Shown here one piece after another: positions 25,582 through 37,951 of a stretch of DNA of 64,000 nt (position 1 is the stretch's first letter; every line of letters begins with the position of its first letter). The stretch is taken from assembly GCA_964016885.1 (NCBI GenBank), contig OZ024742.1:293632001-293696000 (forward strand). Direction: 5' to 3'. Position numbers and translations under genes: made by a program. The stretch comes from Eledone cirrhosa. Its lineage: Eukaryota. The notes under the pieces were generated by a model. The model made no database searches, was not told where the DNA came from, and saw nothing but the letters and a program-made list of their open reading frames with translations.

Positions 25582-26412
25582 CTGGACATTTCCTCTGACC
25601 AGTTCTCCTGCTGCAAATTGGAATATTTACCTCTTCCATCTTCTGAAGGAAAAATTCTCTGCAATATCTCTACTGGCTCACCCAGACCACTTGTTCCAGA
25701 TTGCCAGCTAGAGTAGAGGCTATTCAGCAATTAGCACCACCAACATCCTTGAAACAATTATGGCATTTTGGGGGATTAATTAACTTTTATTGGCGCTTTA
25801 TTCCTAACTGTGCGGACAAGTTATTCCCCTTGACACAGTTTTTAAGGGCTGCAAAAAAGATGGAAAAATTTCACTTTCTGCCGATGCATTGCAGTCTTTT
25901 AAATCCGTCAAGTCTGAGCTAGCTAAAGTTTCCTTCCTTGCCCATCCTGTTGCAAATGCGAGACTTTCCTTATCTGTTGATGCATCTGATCGTGCTGTTG
26001 GCGTAGTTTTGTATCATGTAATCAATCACCAAGTTCAACCATTGACATTTTTCTCTCGCCAATTAAAACCAGCAGAACAGAGATACAACACCTTTGACAG
26101 AGAACTTTTGGCGATTTATCTTGCCATGAAGCACTTCCACCATCTTTTGGAGGGGCGGGAGTTCACGATATTCACGGACCACAAACCGTTAACGTTCGCT
26201 TTACCATCCAAGTCCGACAAGTACTCTCCGAGAGCGTATAGGCATCTGGATCTCATCCCACAGTATATCAGTGACATTCGACACATAGCTGGAACTTCCA
26301 ACATACCTGCGGACGCATTATCTCGACTTTCTGTGTGTTCTCTTGCGTCTCCTGCACATATCGATTTAGTTGCCATTGCAACTGACCAACCTACCTTGGA
26401 ATCGCTGGACAT
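25582..26412 (+). pseudogene. Ty3/Gypsy pol fragment (RT end, RNase H, pre-integrase linker), rearranged
   Basis: GLINFYWRFIPN, SVDASDRAVG, FFSRQL, DRELLAIY, FTDHKPL, NIPADALSR; the linker ILCNISTGSPRPLVP lies upstream of these instead of downstream. Confidence 0.9.
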
Positions 26413-26869
26413 GAACAGCATCATCAACAACAGCAGCTACTGGTAAAACATTTACCACAACAACTACTAGTATTAGAAGGGTTAGTTATTTAGTTAATTC
26501 TTTAGTCCAATCTGTTGCAAGAATTCAAAACGTGTCTCTAGTTTGAAAATACCTTCTCTGTCTTCCTCCATCCCTCCCTCCTTCCCTCTCATAAGTCATG
26601 AAGGCCCTAGAAAGGGTTATGGATGCTCTTTTTCTCTCCTTGACTAAATGGTAAAAAAATAATGTAGAATTTGATGTGTCTAGTAAAAAAGATTGCTATG
26701 TGAGAGAGGAGTTAGAAGTCAATTGAGCATTAAAGATGATGATAGCCTGTGAAAGTACTCCCTAAGAAAAGTCTCATGATGAGAGCAGAGACATGACCAA
26801 TGACTAAAAACAAGGAATAGAAAAATGTGTCAATGAATAAGAGGGCTAACAAAAGTACATCATAAAAGA

Positions 26870-27099
26870 TTAACCCTTTAGCATTTAAACTGGCCATATC
26901 TAGCCAGAATTCTTTCACTTATTTCTGTTCAAACTGGCCATAACCAGCTGATCATACTGATGTTAAGGTATTGTTCTCAAAATAAATAATATTAAAATCT
27001 CATAGATTTGATATTATGTGAAATAATTATGTGAGGTGAAGCCTTTTTTTGTGAAAATACAATAGTAAATATAGAGTAATGTAAATGCTAAAGGGTTAA
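26870..27099 (+). mobile_element. piggyBac-type MITE family A, intact
   Basis: TTAA-CCCTTTAGCATTTA...TAAATGCTAAAGGG-TTAA perfect TIR with TTAA duplication. Confidence 0.9.
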
Positions 27100-28138
27100 G
27101 AAGTAAGAACAGAGATAGGCAGGGTATATAGAATAAACAAATGACAACAGCTTGAGGAAATGACCAGGAGAGACTGGTTCACATAATCAAGGAAAATAGA
27201 GGATGAGATTGATGAAGTTTATTGGTGTTATTATATGGATGAGAGTGGCACAGTATAGGCACAATTGGTACCAGCTTTGGAGTGGGCATTTGCTTTGCAG
27301 TGGACAAGTAATGGCTGAGAATGGCAATGATGGAGAGATGAAAAGATGTGAAAGTTGGATGAAAAGAATGTAAGTTCTGTAGTTACTGTAAATATTCTCA
27401 ATGAAATTATAAAACAAAAACTTACAATATATTCTCTATAACTAGCAACAAATTTATAAACACAATCTTTCTTTTTCATGGTTATATTAGACGATGATGA
27501 TTATGATCATAGCAACAATGATGATAATGGCAACAATAATGGTGGTGGTGATAGTGATGGTAATGAAAATGAATAAGAGAATACAGACATATTCACATCA
27601 AATATTCATGGATTTCTGAAAAACTAAAAACTGGCCGAAGCAAAAAAAAACTGTAAGAAAACTTTATTGGAAATATTTCATATTTTTTACTAACAGTTTT
27701 AAAAACAACTAACAGATTTTCCAATAACTGAAGATGTTTTGTTCAGAAAAATACAAAAGTATTAAGTCTTAATGTCCTGTACCACATGAAACCACATTAG
27801 CAAAACATTCTTGAAGAGTACAAAGTGGCATTATGATTGAATCACATTAAAAATTGAACTCTTTAATATTGCAAATTTTCTCAAAGTATCCTGGGGTAAG
27901 CACTCAACATCCTGAGGCATCCCAGATTACATCTGGTGGTCCAGGCAGAGTACTTATTGTTCTTCACTATATATATTTATTATTAGCTCTACGGGTTTAT
28001 ATATTCCTTATTGAGCCCTCTTCGGATTTTGGTCTTCATAATTATTATTATTCTATATATATATCATCATCATCATCTATATCATATATATATATATATC
28101 GTATATATCATCTATATCATATATATATATATATATAA

Positions 28139-30517
28139 GAGGGTGTTAAAGTTTGCTTGAATCATTGTGAAATGTGTAAAATATGTAGTTTAGAAAGCCA
28201 CAACAATGCAGAGGGAAATCTCGAGGTAGGAAGTGAATGATAGATAGGAGAAATAGGATAAAGTGAAAATTGAGAGAGACAAAGATGAAAACAAAACAAA
28301 GGTAGAAGGGTTACCGTAGTGGAGATTTAATCCCAATATTTCGGGCTCACGCCCATCAACGGGGGAAAGTTCCAAAAGGGGGGGAACAGGCTAAGCGGAG
28401 AAAGTTGTGATGTCGTTAAAACAGGAATGCCGTTATGGGGAGAAAAATTATTTAAAATTTAAATGAGGGAAAGAAAGCGCGTGCGCGTGATAGGCTGTGG
28501 CAAGAGCTACTGACCAAATGGGTTAAATCAAGAGGGTGCGCTAGCGTGTGAAAGCCATAAAATATGTGTGTGTAAATATATATGTGTGTGTAACTGTGTG
28601 TGTATATGTGTAAGTGTGTATATGTGTGGGTGTGTGTGTGTGTGAAAGATAGTGGGCTGTAGAAGCTGGAAATCAAAGGGTGTGAAAGGTGGTAGGTTGT
28701 AAAACATGTGTGCGTGTATAAATATAGATGTGTGTGTGTAAGCGTATGGGTATACATGTGTGTGTAACTGTGTGTGTATATGTGTGAGTGCGTGTGTGTG
28801 TGAAAGATAGTGGGCTGTAGAAGCTGGAAATCAAAGGGTGTGAAAGGTGGTAGGTTGTAAAAACGTGTGCGTGTATAAATATAGATGTGTGTGTGTATGC
28901 GTATGGGTATGCATATATGTGCGTGTGTGTGAAAATAGCAGGCCGTAAGGGCTGTGAATGGTCACTATGGTTAAGTTAGCCATGTCAGCTCATTTCTCTC
29001 AGCCCGGTTGTTAAGTGGGGGTCTGAGGTTCTTAATAACAAGTGCTTCCTTTATCCTTAAGGATCCGATGCTGCGTTCAGTCGCTAGGACTGTGACCAAG
29101 GGTCTACCCTGTGTGTTTCCGCATTTAAGGATGTGTTTACGGAAGGAAGATGCGTTGGTGTTGATATGTTCCTTGATACGAACATGTAGGGGTCGGATGG
29201 TGCTACCTATGTAAAACTTGTTACATTTATCGCATTGAATCTTAAATACGACATAGGTGCGTAGGCAATCTGGCCCCCATATGGGGCAGTTGCTGAGGGA
29301 ACACGTCCCATCTGACTCGTCGGGTTTGTTGGAGAGGCATCTTCGCAGCGAAGGTCCTGTGTGGGCCAAATGTATGTCAAGTCCCTCCGTCCGTATGGCC
29401 CTGCGGATGGCGTTCGTGGTATATTCACTCAGGTGGGGGATTTTAAAGAAGCACCTGCTTTTATTTAAGTTTCTAGTGGGTGTCTGTCTATTGGGTCTGG
29501 GGTCTCTAATTCCGTTAATCAGTCACTTGGGATATCCATTAGACCTGAGTAGATTACGGAATTGCGTGGTATGGGTGAGACCACCCATCGGGTCGCTGCA
29601 TCTGTTAGTGATCCGTGTCAGTTCATTTAGGACATAGCCTCTCTTAGCGTTGTTGGGGAGGGCTGAGTTGTAATGCACAAATAAGTCCTTGCACGCTGCT
29701 TTGCGGTAGAAGGTGGTGTTTATGTCTCCTTCTTCCGAGATGTTGATACGGAAGTCGAGGAGGGCGAGTGACCCGTCTTCTCCTGGGTGTTCGATGGTGA
29801 AATCGACGTGATGGTCAGTATCGTTGAAGATTTGGTGAATTTCATTCGCCATCTCCCGGGAAGAAGTAAGTATCAGGATGTCATCAACGTATCTGGAGTA
29901 GAAGGCGACGGCGTTGGGTTGGCCTTGCGTTCCAGGTGGTCCATGTACGAGATCGCAAGTATGCCGGACAGACTAGAGCCCATAGGTAGCCCAGAGATTT
30001 GTTTGTACGTGTGGCCGAGGAAATTGAAGAGTGCATTATCCACAACGAAGGAGAGGAGTTGGTGGATGTCCGTGTGTGTGAGTCCGAAGCAGTGTAAGTT
30101 AGATGCTCAGACTCGTTCGGTCAACAGGTCGACGGCTGGGGATGCTGGTACGGAGGTATAAAGGGCGACCACATCAAGACTGAAGGCATAACCGTTGTCC
30201 TTTCTGGTGTTGGGCGCCAGATGGTGTAGTCGCTCCAAGACCTCCTTTGAGCTGCAGACGTGGGCTGGTAGTGTGTGTAGAATAGGTTTCAGTAGTGTGG
30301 AGAGCAGCCAGGATATTTTTTAGAGTGGGCCCTCCACGCTAGAGACAATGGGCCTGATTTTCAAATCGGGTCCTTGTTTATGTGTTTTAACCAGGTGGTA
30401 GAAGGTGGGTAGTTTGCTGTTTCGAGTCATTATGTTGTTTTTTACCTTCTTTGGCAGTTTTCGTTGGACACAGATGTTAGTCCATATGGTGTTAATGCCT
30501 TCCTCGATTACCTTCAA
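28139..30517 (-). mobile_element. 5'-truncated Penelope-like element (RT + GIY-YIG endonuclease + 3' pseudo-LTR) ending at (TA)n
   Basis: FYHLVKTHK...IRPIVS, FSLDVVALYTS, GLPMGSSLSG, RYVDD, FTIE, YRK (PLE RT); YVVFKIQCDKCNKFYIGSTIRPLHVRIKEH...IKEAL...LN (GIY-YIG, 28971-29369). Several frameshifts and stops. Confidence 0.92.
28331..28366 (-). ncRNA. Degenerate minimal hammerhead-like motif in the Penelope 3' region
   Basis: RNA UCCC-CCGUUGA-U-GGGC GUGA GCCC-GAAA-UA-UU-GGGA: stems I and II and GAAA are present, but the core has two substitutions relative to CUGANGA. Confidence 0.5.
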
Positions 30518-31149
30518 AGACTTAACATTCCTGTTTGCCTTTCAACATCAAACATGGCTCTACACAATTTTCGTACATTCTGATCTCTACATGAATAGAG
30601 AATCCTTTCATCACAACAGCAATATTATTGAAGGAGCTCTTTGAACTGTCTCTACTTTCTTATCTCAGCAATTATGTAATCATGAGCATTATATTGGAAA
30701 CTAATTACACTATCACCAACAGCCCACCATCACCACCACATCCATAGTAGTCTACAAAGGCTGTAGGTGCAACAGATGAAACCTCCCTCACCATCAGCTA
30801 ACACCGGCCCTACCTCATAAGTGAATGAATGAGTATTCATGTTATATGTATGAGTGAGAAAACCTTCTGTTGGATGAGCAATATAAATGTGAGAGAAAGG
30901 CAGAACCTGGATGAAGTGAGGGAGAAACTGGGTTTAAGAGGAATCCAAGATGGTGTGCAGGAGATTCAGTGAGATATGGTATGACAGGCTGGCCTTTCGA
31001 ATTACAGGTACTGTCTATTTAATGGGCATTCAAAAAGTTCCTATTTATCCAATTTCACTCACAAAGCTTCGATCAACACTTACCAAAGATGCCAAGCAGT
31101 GGAATAGATCTTGGGATTTTTCGTATTTATATAAATATGCATTTGCCTA

Positions 31150-31400
31150 ATACACAGGTAATACACACATCTAGGACCACACACAACAAAAGGCAAGATG
31201 GACAAACGAACCACTGCCAGAACAAAAGATAACAATATCGCAAGGAGCACTGAAAACCTCTCTAATAATTTTTAAGGCAAACCAGCATGCTTGCAGCATT
31301 ACCTTGGTGATGGCGAGGCTGATGCGCTGGAACAGTCAAGTGCCTTCTCGAGCATCACCAGTTACCTCAGTTAGGCGGGCTGCCAGTGAAGACAATGACT
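31150..31400 (-). mobile_element. 3' end of a second CRE-type element
   Basis: SLAARLTEVTGDAREGT*LFQRISLAITKGNAASML parallels the C-terminus encoded at 10120-10332. Confidence 0.65.
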
Positions 31401-31609
31401 ACAAAACAAACATTCAACTAAGCTACATCTAGTAACACTCTAGTCTGTAATAAACATGAAGGTGGTTCACTAAGTTAACACTGGCACAGGGGAAAATAAA
31501 AAGGATAGGATGAACATTAATATAATTTTGAAGCCAAGAAATAAACATCATATCATAGATTGAGAAGAATTACTTTTAGCAGGAAAAAGAGATAATACTG
31601 ACAGACACA

Positions 31610-31646
31610 AACACACACTTACGCATACATGTGTGTGTGTATATAC

Positions 31647-31677
<31 letters not shown>

Positions 31678-31688
31678 TACATACACAC

Positions 31689-31721
<33 letters not shown>

Positions 31722-31754
31722 TACATATACACATATATATATATACACACACAG

Positions 31755-31785
<31 letters not shown>

Positions 31786-31885
31786 TATACATATATATAT
31801 ACACACATACATACACACACACACACACATACACATATACACACACATATATATATATACACACATAGACACACAAGTATATATA
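31610..31885. repeat. Compound CA/TA microsatellite
   Basis: Directly visible; source of the ORFs at 31548-31969. Confidence 0.95.
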
Positions 31886-33133
31886 AATTACTTTGTAAAT
31901 TTTTTTAATTTTTTTCTTGCTTACTTTCTTCTTCAATATTTTGGTGGGGAAGAAGTATTAAGACAATGAAATGTATATAAAAGGAATACTGTTATTTAAA
32001 TCTTGAAACACATTCCATTAATTCTTTTTCTTCTTTTGAGACAAAAAAAAAGACAACTTCCAGACAAAAATATCTGCTAATAAACATCAATCAATGTTGT
32101 GCTTATATTTTTTCATTGTTAAAATATACAACAGAACCAATAATGAAATAATATTAGGTCAAATATTATTTTGATCTTTGTTGTTTTGCTTCAAGCAAAA
32201 TAACCTAACGAAGTGTTTTTAACACAATGTAATGTATAAACACTACATTTAGATATCACAGAGTCAAGGTCATCACATACACAAAGTATTTTACAGTATT
32301 TTTCAGTGTATATTTATTTATCTATTTATTCAATTTAAACGTCTGTGTAGAGCTAGTAAGCCATGACTGACTAGAGGAAGTATCGAGTACTCCTTAGAGT
32401 TGGTAGTCAAAAAGATACAGCCAGCTGAGGAAGGAACCCCCGTAAGACTGTGGCAGCAGGTCTTGCTGGCCATGCTTCACAATACATTTGTCATTCTATC
32501 TACAGAGCATTGAGACTAGGGTGTAGAGCCAGCCCCTCCCTCTCGTTCCTTCATTCTCTTTTTCTTCTTACCTTTTCCTTTTTTTTTTGTTCCATAAAGT
32601 TACTATCTTACCAACCTGGCCAAAACTGGCTCTGATTCTATGAAATAAAACCACCCCATTTTAAAGGATTCCAATTTAAATTAAAATCTTCCAACATAAT
32701 TTTATAAGAACCATATGTTAAATTACTATCTTACTAATGAAATAATAATTTTAGTAAATCCCTAAAAATTCTTCATTGGATTGGCAGTATCTGTAGAGGG
32801 TCGGATGCCATGCTTTGACGCATAGAGTTACGGCCCTTTCCATTCTGAGTTCCAATCTTGCCGAGGTTAACTTTGCCTTTCATCCCTATGGGGTCGATAA
32901 ATAAATAAAATACCAGTAATGCACTGGGTAATTGCTGGCCTTGTGCCAAAAGTAGAAACAATTAATTAATTAAAATAGAGAGTATTAGTTAACCCTTTCA
33001 TGACTGCATTTCTAATGCGGATATGAAAGGGTTAATCAGTAAAAGAATAAACCAGATCCATGTTGAAAGACTAGAAGAGACTGTTGTGATGATAGAAAAA
33101 GAGTGTTGTAAAATTAAAAACATGAGATCTTAC

Positions 33134-33323
33134 CTGCCTGTCTTGCCTCTTGACATGCTTCACACATTTCATTTTTAATCTCAGGATTTTCTTCAGCTAT
33201 AGACTCTCCAACTGTCACAAACTTCCCAACAGCCCTGTTCACAACTTGGCCAACTTGTACTAACACTCGCAGTGTCTTCTCTGATATTTTAGTTTTTTCT
33301 TTATGGTTTACCAGTGTTGTAAT
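33134..33323 (-). CDS. CTNNAL1: Internal coding exon of alpha-catulin (vinculin/alpha-catenin family), equivalent to an early exon of CTNNAL1
   Basis: Minus strand: ttgttttctag|ATTACAACACTG...AGACAGGCAG|gtaaga, 190 bp, open frame ITTLVNHKEKTKISEKTLRVLVQVGQVVNRAVGKFVTVGESIAEENPEIKNEMCEACQEARQA(G). This matches the remembered alpha-catulin N-terminus (ITTLINHK...VGQAVNLAVGRFVKVGEAIANEN...ACIEAKQAG). Canonical AG/GT sites. Not in the ORF track. Confidence 0.92.
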
Positions 33324-34017
33324 CTAGAAAACAAAGGAAATATATAGAAATAAATCTCTTTGATAATTGAAATTTTGTTTGTTTAATTTTCAAAGGCTTC
33401 ATTTTAAAATATAAAAATGATATACAGTTAGCTTTAGGCATTTTGATACCAGTCTGGCCAAAACTGGCTCTGGTTCTATGAAATCAAACTACCCATTTTA
33501 AAAGGTTTCTATCTAAATTTAAATCTTCCAACATAATTTTATATTAAGAACCTTCTGTTAAGTACTATCTTAGTGATGGAATAATCAATAATTTTAGTAA
33601 CTTCCACAAAATTCTTAATTAATTGAAATAGAGTGTATTTCAGTAGAAAGAAACAATCACAAAAGAGTTGAACAGAGGAAATTACAGTATCTAATACAAA
33701 TATTTCATGGTCCTGGCAGACAAAATAGTGGATGTTACTCTGAAGAATGACAAGGCAGATAGATGCACTGAAAGAGCAACTCTACCCCACTTGGCTTGTT
33801 TTTACAGATGGTTATCTCTATCCTAATCAATTGAAGAGTTTGATTATAAGGTCATTTACTACAACAGTCCCATACCAGGTATGTACACTTCATTAGCCCT
33901 GAGGACCAATTTGATCAACCAGTGCCAATGAAAATGACCTGGAAAATATTTACTCAAAGAGACAGAACCCCAAATCAAGGGCAGATAATCTGTGTGGTCT
34001 CTCTCTCTCATTATATA

Positions 34018-34290
34018 CAATATATTAATAAATGGAAACTCTATTTATAAAACCATAATTATTTTATTATATATATTTCAAGAGCAACCAAGCCCATCTT
34101 GGTGCGCTTTCATCAGATAATAGGCTTGGTCGCCCTTGAAATATATATAATAAAATAATTATGGTTTTATAAATATAGTTTCCATTTATTAATATATTGA
34201 ATATTTACTCCAGTAATCTGTTGAGTGCTCTATATCAGTTATAAACATTTAAGTTTGTTGGAATCCCAACAAATTAAATATAACTTCTAC
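34018..34290. mobile_element. Fold-back element (arms 34018-~34094 and ~34123-34199) of the same family as 46441-46859
   Basis: The palindrome is visible; 34160-34290 is homologous to the reverse complement of 46441-46555; ends in (TA)n. Confidence 0.8.
34064..34120 (-). ncRNA. Minimal type I hammerhead ribozyme motif
   Basis: RNA UUAU-CUGAUGA-AAGCGCACCAAG AUGGG CUUGGUUGCUCUU-GAAA-UAUAUA-UA-AUAA: intact core, long stem II, palindromic stem III, only 4 bp of stem I retained. Confidence 0.7.
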
Positions 34291-34302
34291 ATATATATAT
34301 AT

Positions 34303-34653
34303 ATCACGCAGTAATACAGGGTACTCGACCTCCCATGGGTACATGCTGAAGCATATAAACAATATGCCCCCACTCCCCCCACCGCAAGGTGGTCGTGGAG
34401 GTGCCACGGCAAAAAAGCACCCAGCCCACACTGTAAAGTGGACGTGTAGGCGCCACGAAAAAGCACCCAGCACTCACTGTAAATGAGGTTGGTGTTAGGA
34501 AGGGCATCCAGCTGTAGAAATCAAGCCAAATCAGTTCCTGTATGAGCAAGGCATGGTCAGCCGACCAGACACTGCCCACAACAGGACAACCCGTCTAACC
34601 CATGCTAGCGTGGAAGAACGGACGTAAAACGGTGATGATGATGATGATGATGA
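34303..34653 (+). mobile_element. RTE-clade LINE 3' end with (GAT)n tail
   Basis: Near-identical reverse complement of 56208-56540 and 62625-62960; ends catgctagcgtggaagaacggacgtaaaacggt(gat)n. More diverged copies at 42270-42662, 46900-47164 and 53988-54150(-). Confidence 0.88.
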
Positions 34654-35222
34654 TATATAATGTTCAAAAATACATACACGTACACATAATCATCATCATC
34701 ATCTTCGTTTAATGTCCATCTTCCATGCTAGCATGGGTTAGACTTTTGACACTAATACACACACATTTCACTTTGCGTTCCTAAATTGTTACCAAGACTA
34801 CCTAACGGTTTGTCTTGCTTACTCTTTATTTTGTTTTTTTGTTTGTTTGTTTTTTTACTTGAACTACCTTTAATTTTCTGTATCTATCCTTTGTGCTCCT
34901 GACTATTTTTGTACTCCCGAAGAAGGACTTAAGCCAAATACATCAAACTTTCTTTCCCTTTTTCTATATAAAGCATGAAACTAATAAGACTTTTTGTATC
35001 TCTGTTTTGTCATTTCCTTGAGTTGTATACATATATATATATATATAAATACACATACACACATAAGACTTTCAAATAGTTTCCACCTATCAAATTTTAC
35101 TCACAAGGTTGAGATTATGGTAGAAGACTTTTAAGCCACATAGTATTATTAAACCCAAAACCACATAGTTGCAAAGCAAAATGCTTAACCACAGCACAAT
35201 GCTTATGCCTGAGACAAATACA

Positions 35223-35460
35223 TTAACCCTTTAGCATTTACATTACTCTATATTTACTATTATATTTTCACGGTAAAGGTTTTATCTCACATATTATCGA
35301 ATCTATGAGATTTTGATATTATTTATTTTGAGAACAATACCTTAATGTCGGTATAAGCGGCTGTTTACGACCAATTTGAACAGAAAGAGGCGAGAGAATT
35401 CTGACTGGATACGGCCAGTTTAAACAGAAAGAGGTGAGAGTTTAAATGCTAAAGGGTTAA
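35223..35460 (-). mobile_element. piggyBac-type MITE family A
   Basis: TTAA-CCCTTTAGCATTTA...TAAATGCTAAAGGG-TTAA; internal duplication of tttgaacagaaagaggcgagag. Confidence 0.88.
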
Positions 35461-35881
35461 ACACAAATGATTTGACTGTGAAACAAAAGAAATATATAAA
35501 GTATACAATAGTTATTATTATATTACACAGATGTAATACATTCAACAGAATTTTATTAGATAACACTAAACATCAGATAACAGTCAGTCAGAATTTAAAT
35601 TTAATCAAAATTTAAATTCAATTCATTTAAGGACAAGAAAATTACAGCTAGCAACCTCAAGTAAATTAAAATACACCAGATTTTACAGTAGGACTTCTAA
35701 TTTTTAAACATTCATTGAGAAATCATTATTGCCTCCATCATCATCATTATAATCATCACCATCCTCATTACCATAGTCATCATTACTATCACCATCATTA
35801 TCATTACCATCAAAGTTTGGTATGGAAATAATGGTAAGAGGAATTCAAAGAAAGATGGAAACTGCAGAAGCCACTCTCTCT

Positions 35882-36332
<451 letters not shown>

Positions 36333-36397
36333 GAGCTTCAGGTTGACCAATGCTTTGTAAGTGAAATTTGGGAGATGGAAACTGCAGAAGCCTGTTC

Positions 36398-36431
<34 letters not shown>

Positions 36432-37739
36432 GAGTGGCTTCTGCAGTTTCCATCTCCCAAATTTCACTTACAAAGCATTAGTCAACCTGAAGCTCTAGTA
36501 GATGACATTTGTCTAAGATGCTGCACAGTGGACTGGGCCCAGAACCAAATGATTACAAAGCAAATTCTTTCCACACAGCTATGCCTGTGTCTTCTCAACT
36601 AATTAACTGAAATCCAAAGATTGCAATCAAGATTGAAGGCACTTAAGATATGTCTGCTAGTAAGGATTCCATTTCCTTCTCCATCTTTACAACAGACATC
36701 CAATAGACAGAGAAACAAGACAAATCAGAAGACCAAAGACAATGCTAACTAGATAGAAAACCAATTAATGTGTCACATCTTTATAAGAAACACCATAAAT
36801 ATACAATTGTTGCAGTTTGTTTAATTAAAATCTTCCAACAATCTGATTAACTTGCTTTTTCAACGAATCCTAATTAGATTTCTTTAGTTTTACACACAAA
36901 ACAATTTATATTATATTATATATAAACAACTTCTGAAAGAGTGAAACTAAAATAACTCAGTATTTTCACTTAATTTTATTAAAATAATTTAATTAGCTAA
37001 CACATAGGAAAGACAACATACTACTGGTATGTGTTGAATATATTCAACACTACATGCAGCAACATGTGAAATATATCCAACACCAACACAAATCAGGATT
37101 AAACTTTGAAAAGCTACTTACTCATAGCAAAACTGGTTAGCACAAAAATGAGATAATTATAACTATGTCTGAAAGCCCATCTATATCTTTAAAAAAAAAC
37201 TATAATTTGTTTTTGTATGAACTAATTTCTTTTTGTTGTGTATTGTAAATTTTGATGAATATCAAAAACATTAGGAACATCTTCAAATTTTTAGTATTCT
37301 CCCTTTATGTTATTTGGACAGAATTCCTTAATTTTCTAATGCTTTAATTTGTTACTATATATATATATAACTTTTAACAATATGGTACATGCCCCTGATA
37401 AACCAGCATGTGTCTTTACCAGTACTGAACCAAGAATGTTCTATCTAATATACAAGTCTGACATACATGAGTTACTGATTATTTTAATGTGCAATTGATC
37501 CCTTCCTGCTTGTGTAGTTTTAAATCTAATTCTGTGCAGCTCTTAATCAAATTTGGTTCAGTGAGTGTGCATTTTGTGTCAAGTCCTATATGTTCTTATA
37601 TAGTTAAAGGGTGGTTCAACAACTTAAAACACTCAGAAAATGTTAAAAATAGCCATAACAAATGCTTCTCAGACTTAAAAAATATCAAACATTGAGTCAT
37701 GGTACCTACCTTAAAGATTTGTTCAATTCTAAAATTACT

Positions 37740-37951
37740 TTAACTCTTTAGCGTTTAAACCGGCTATATCCAGCCAGAATTTTCTAACCACTTTCTGTTC
37801 AAACCAGTCGTAACCGGCCGCTCATACTGACATTAAGGTATTGCTCTCAAAATTAATATCAAAATCTCGTAGATTTGATATTATGTGAGTTAAAGCCTTT
37901 ACCACAAAGATACAATAGTAAATATAGAGTAATGTAAATGCTGAAGGGTTA
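37740..37951 (+). mobile_element. piggyBac-type MITE family A (diverged)
   Basis: ttaactctttagcgttta...taaatgctgaagggtta. Confidence 0.8.

Noticed and set aside
31304-31398. Exon-like segment with AG/GT boundaries near the catulin exon
   Set aside because: It contains a stop and translates as a CRE retrotransposon C-terminus.
32418-32455. CUGAGGA motif as a hammerhead (also ctgatgag at 60171 and ccgaagaagg at ~34918)
   Set aside because: No proper GAAA, stem II or stem I closure could be folded; 34918 is at best a heavily decayed relic.
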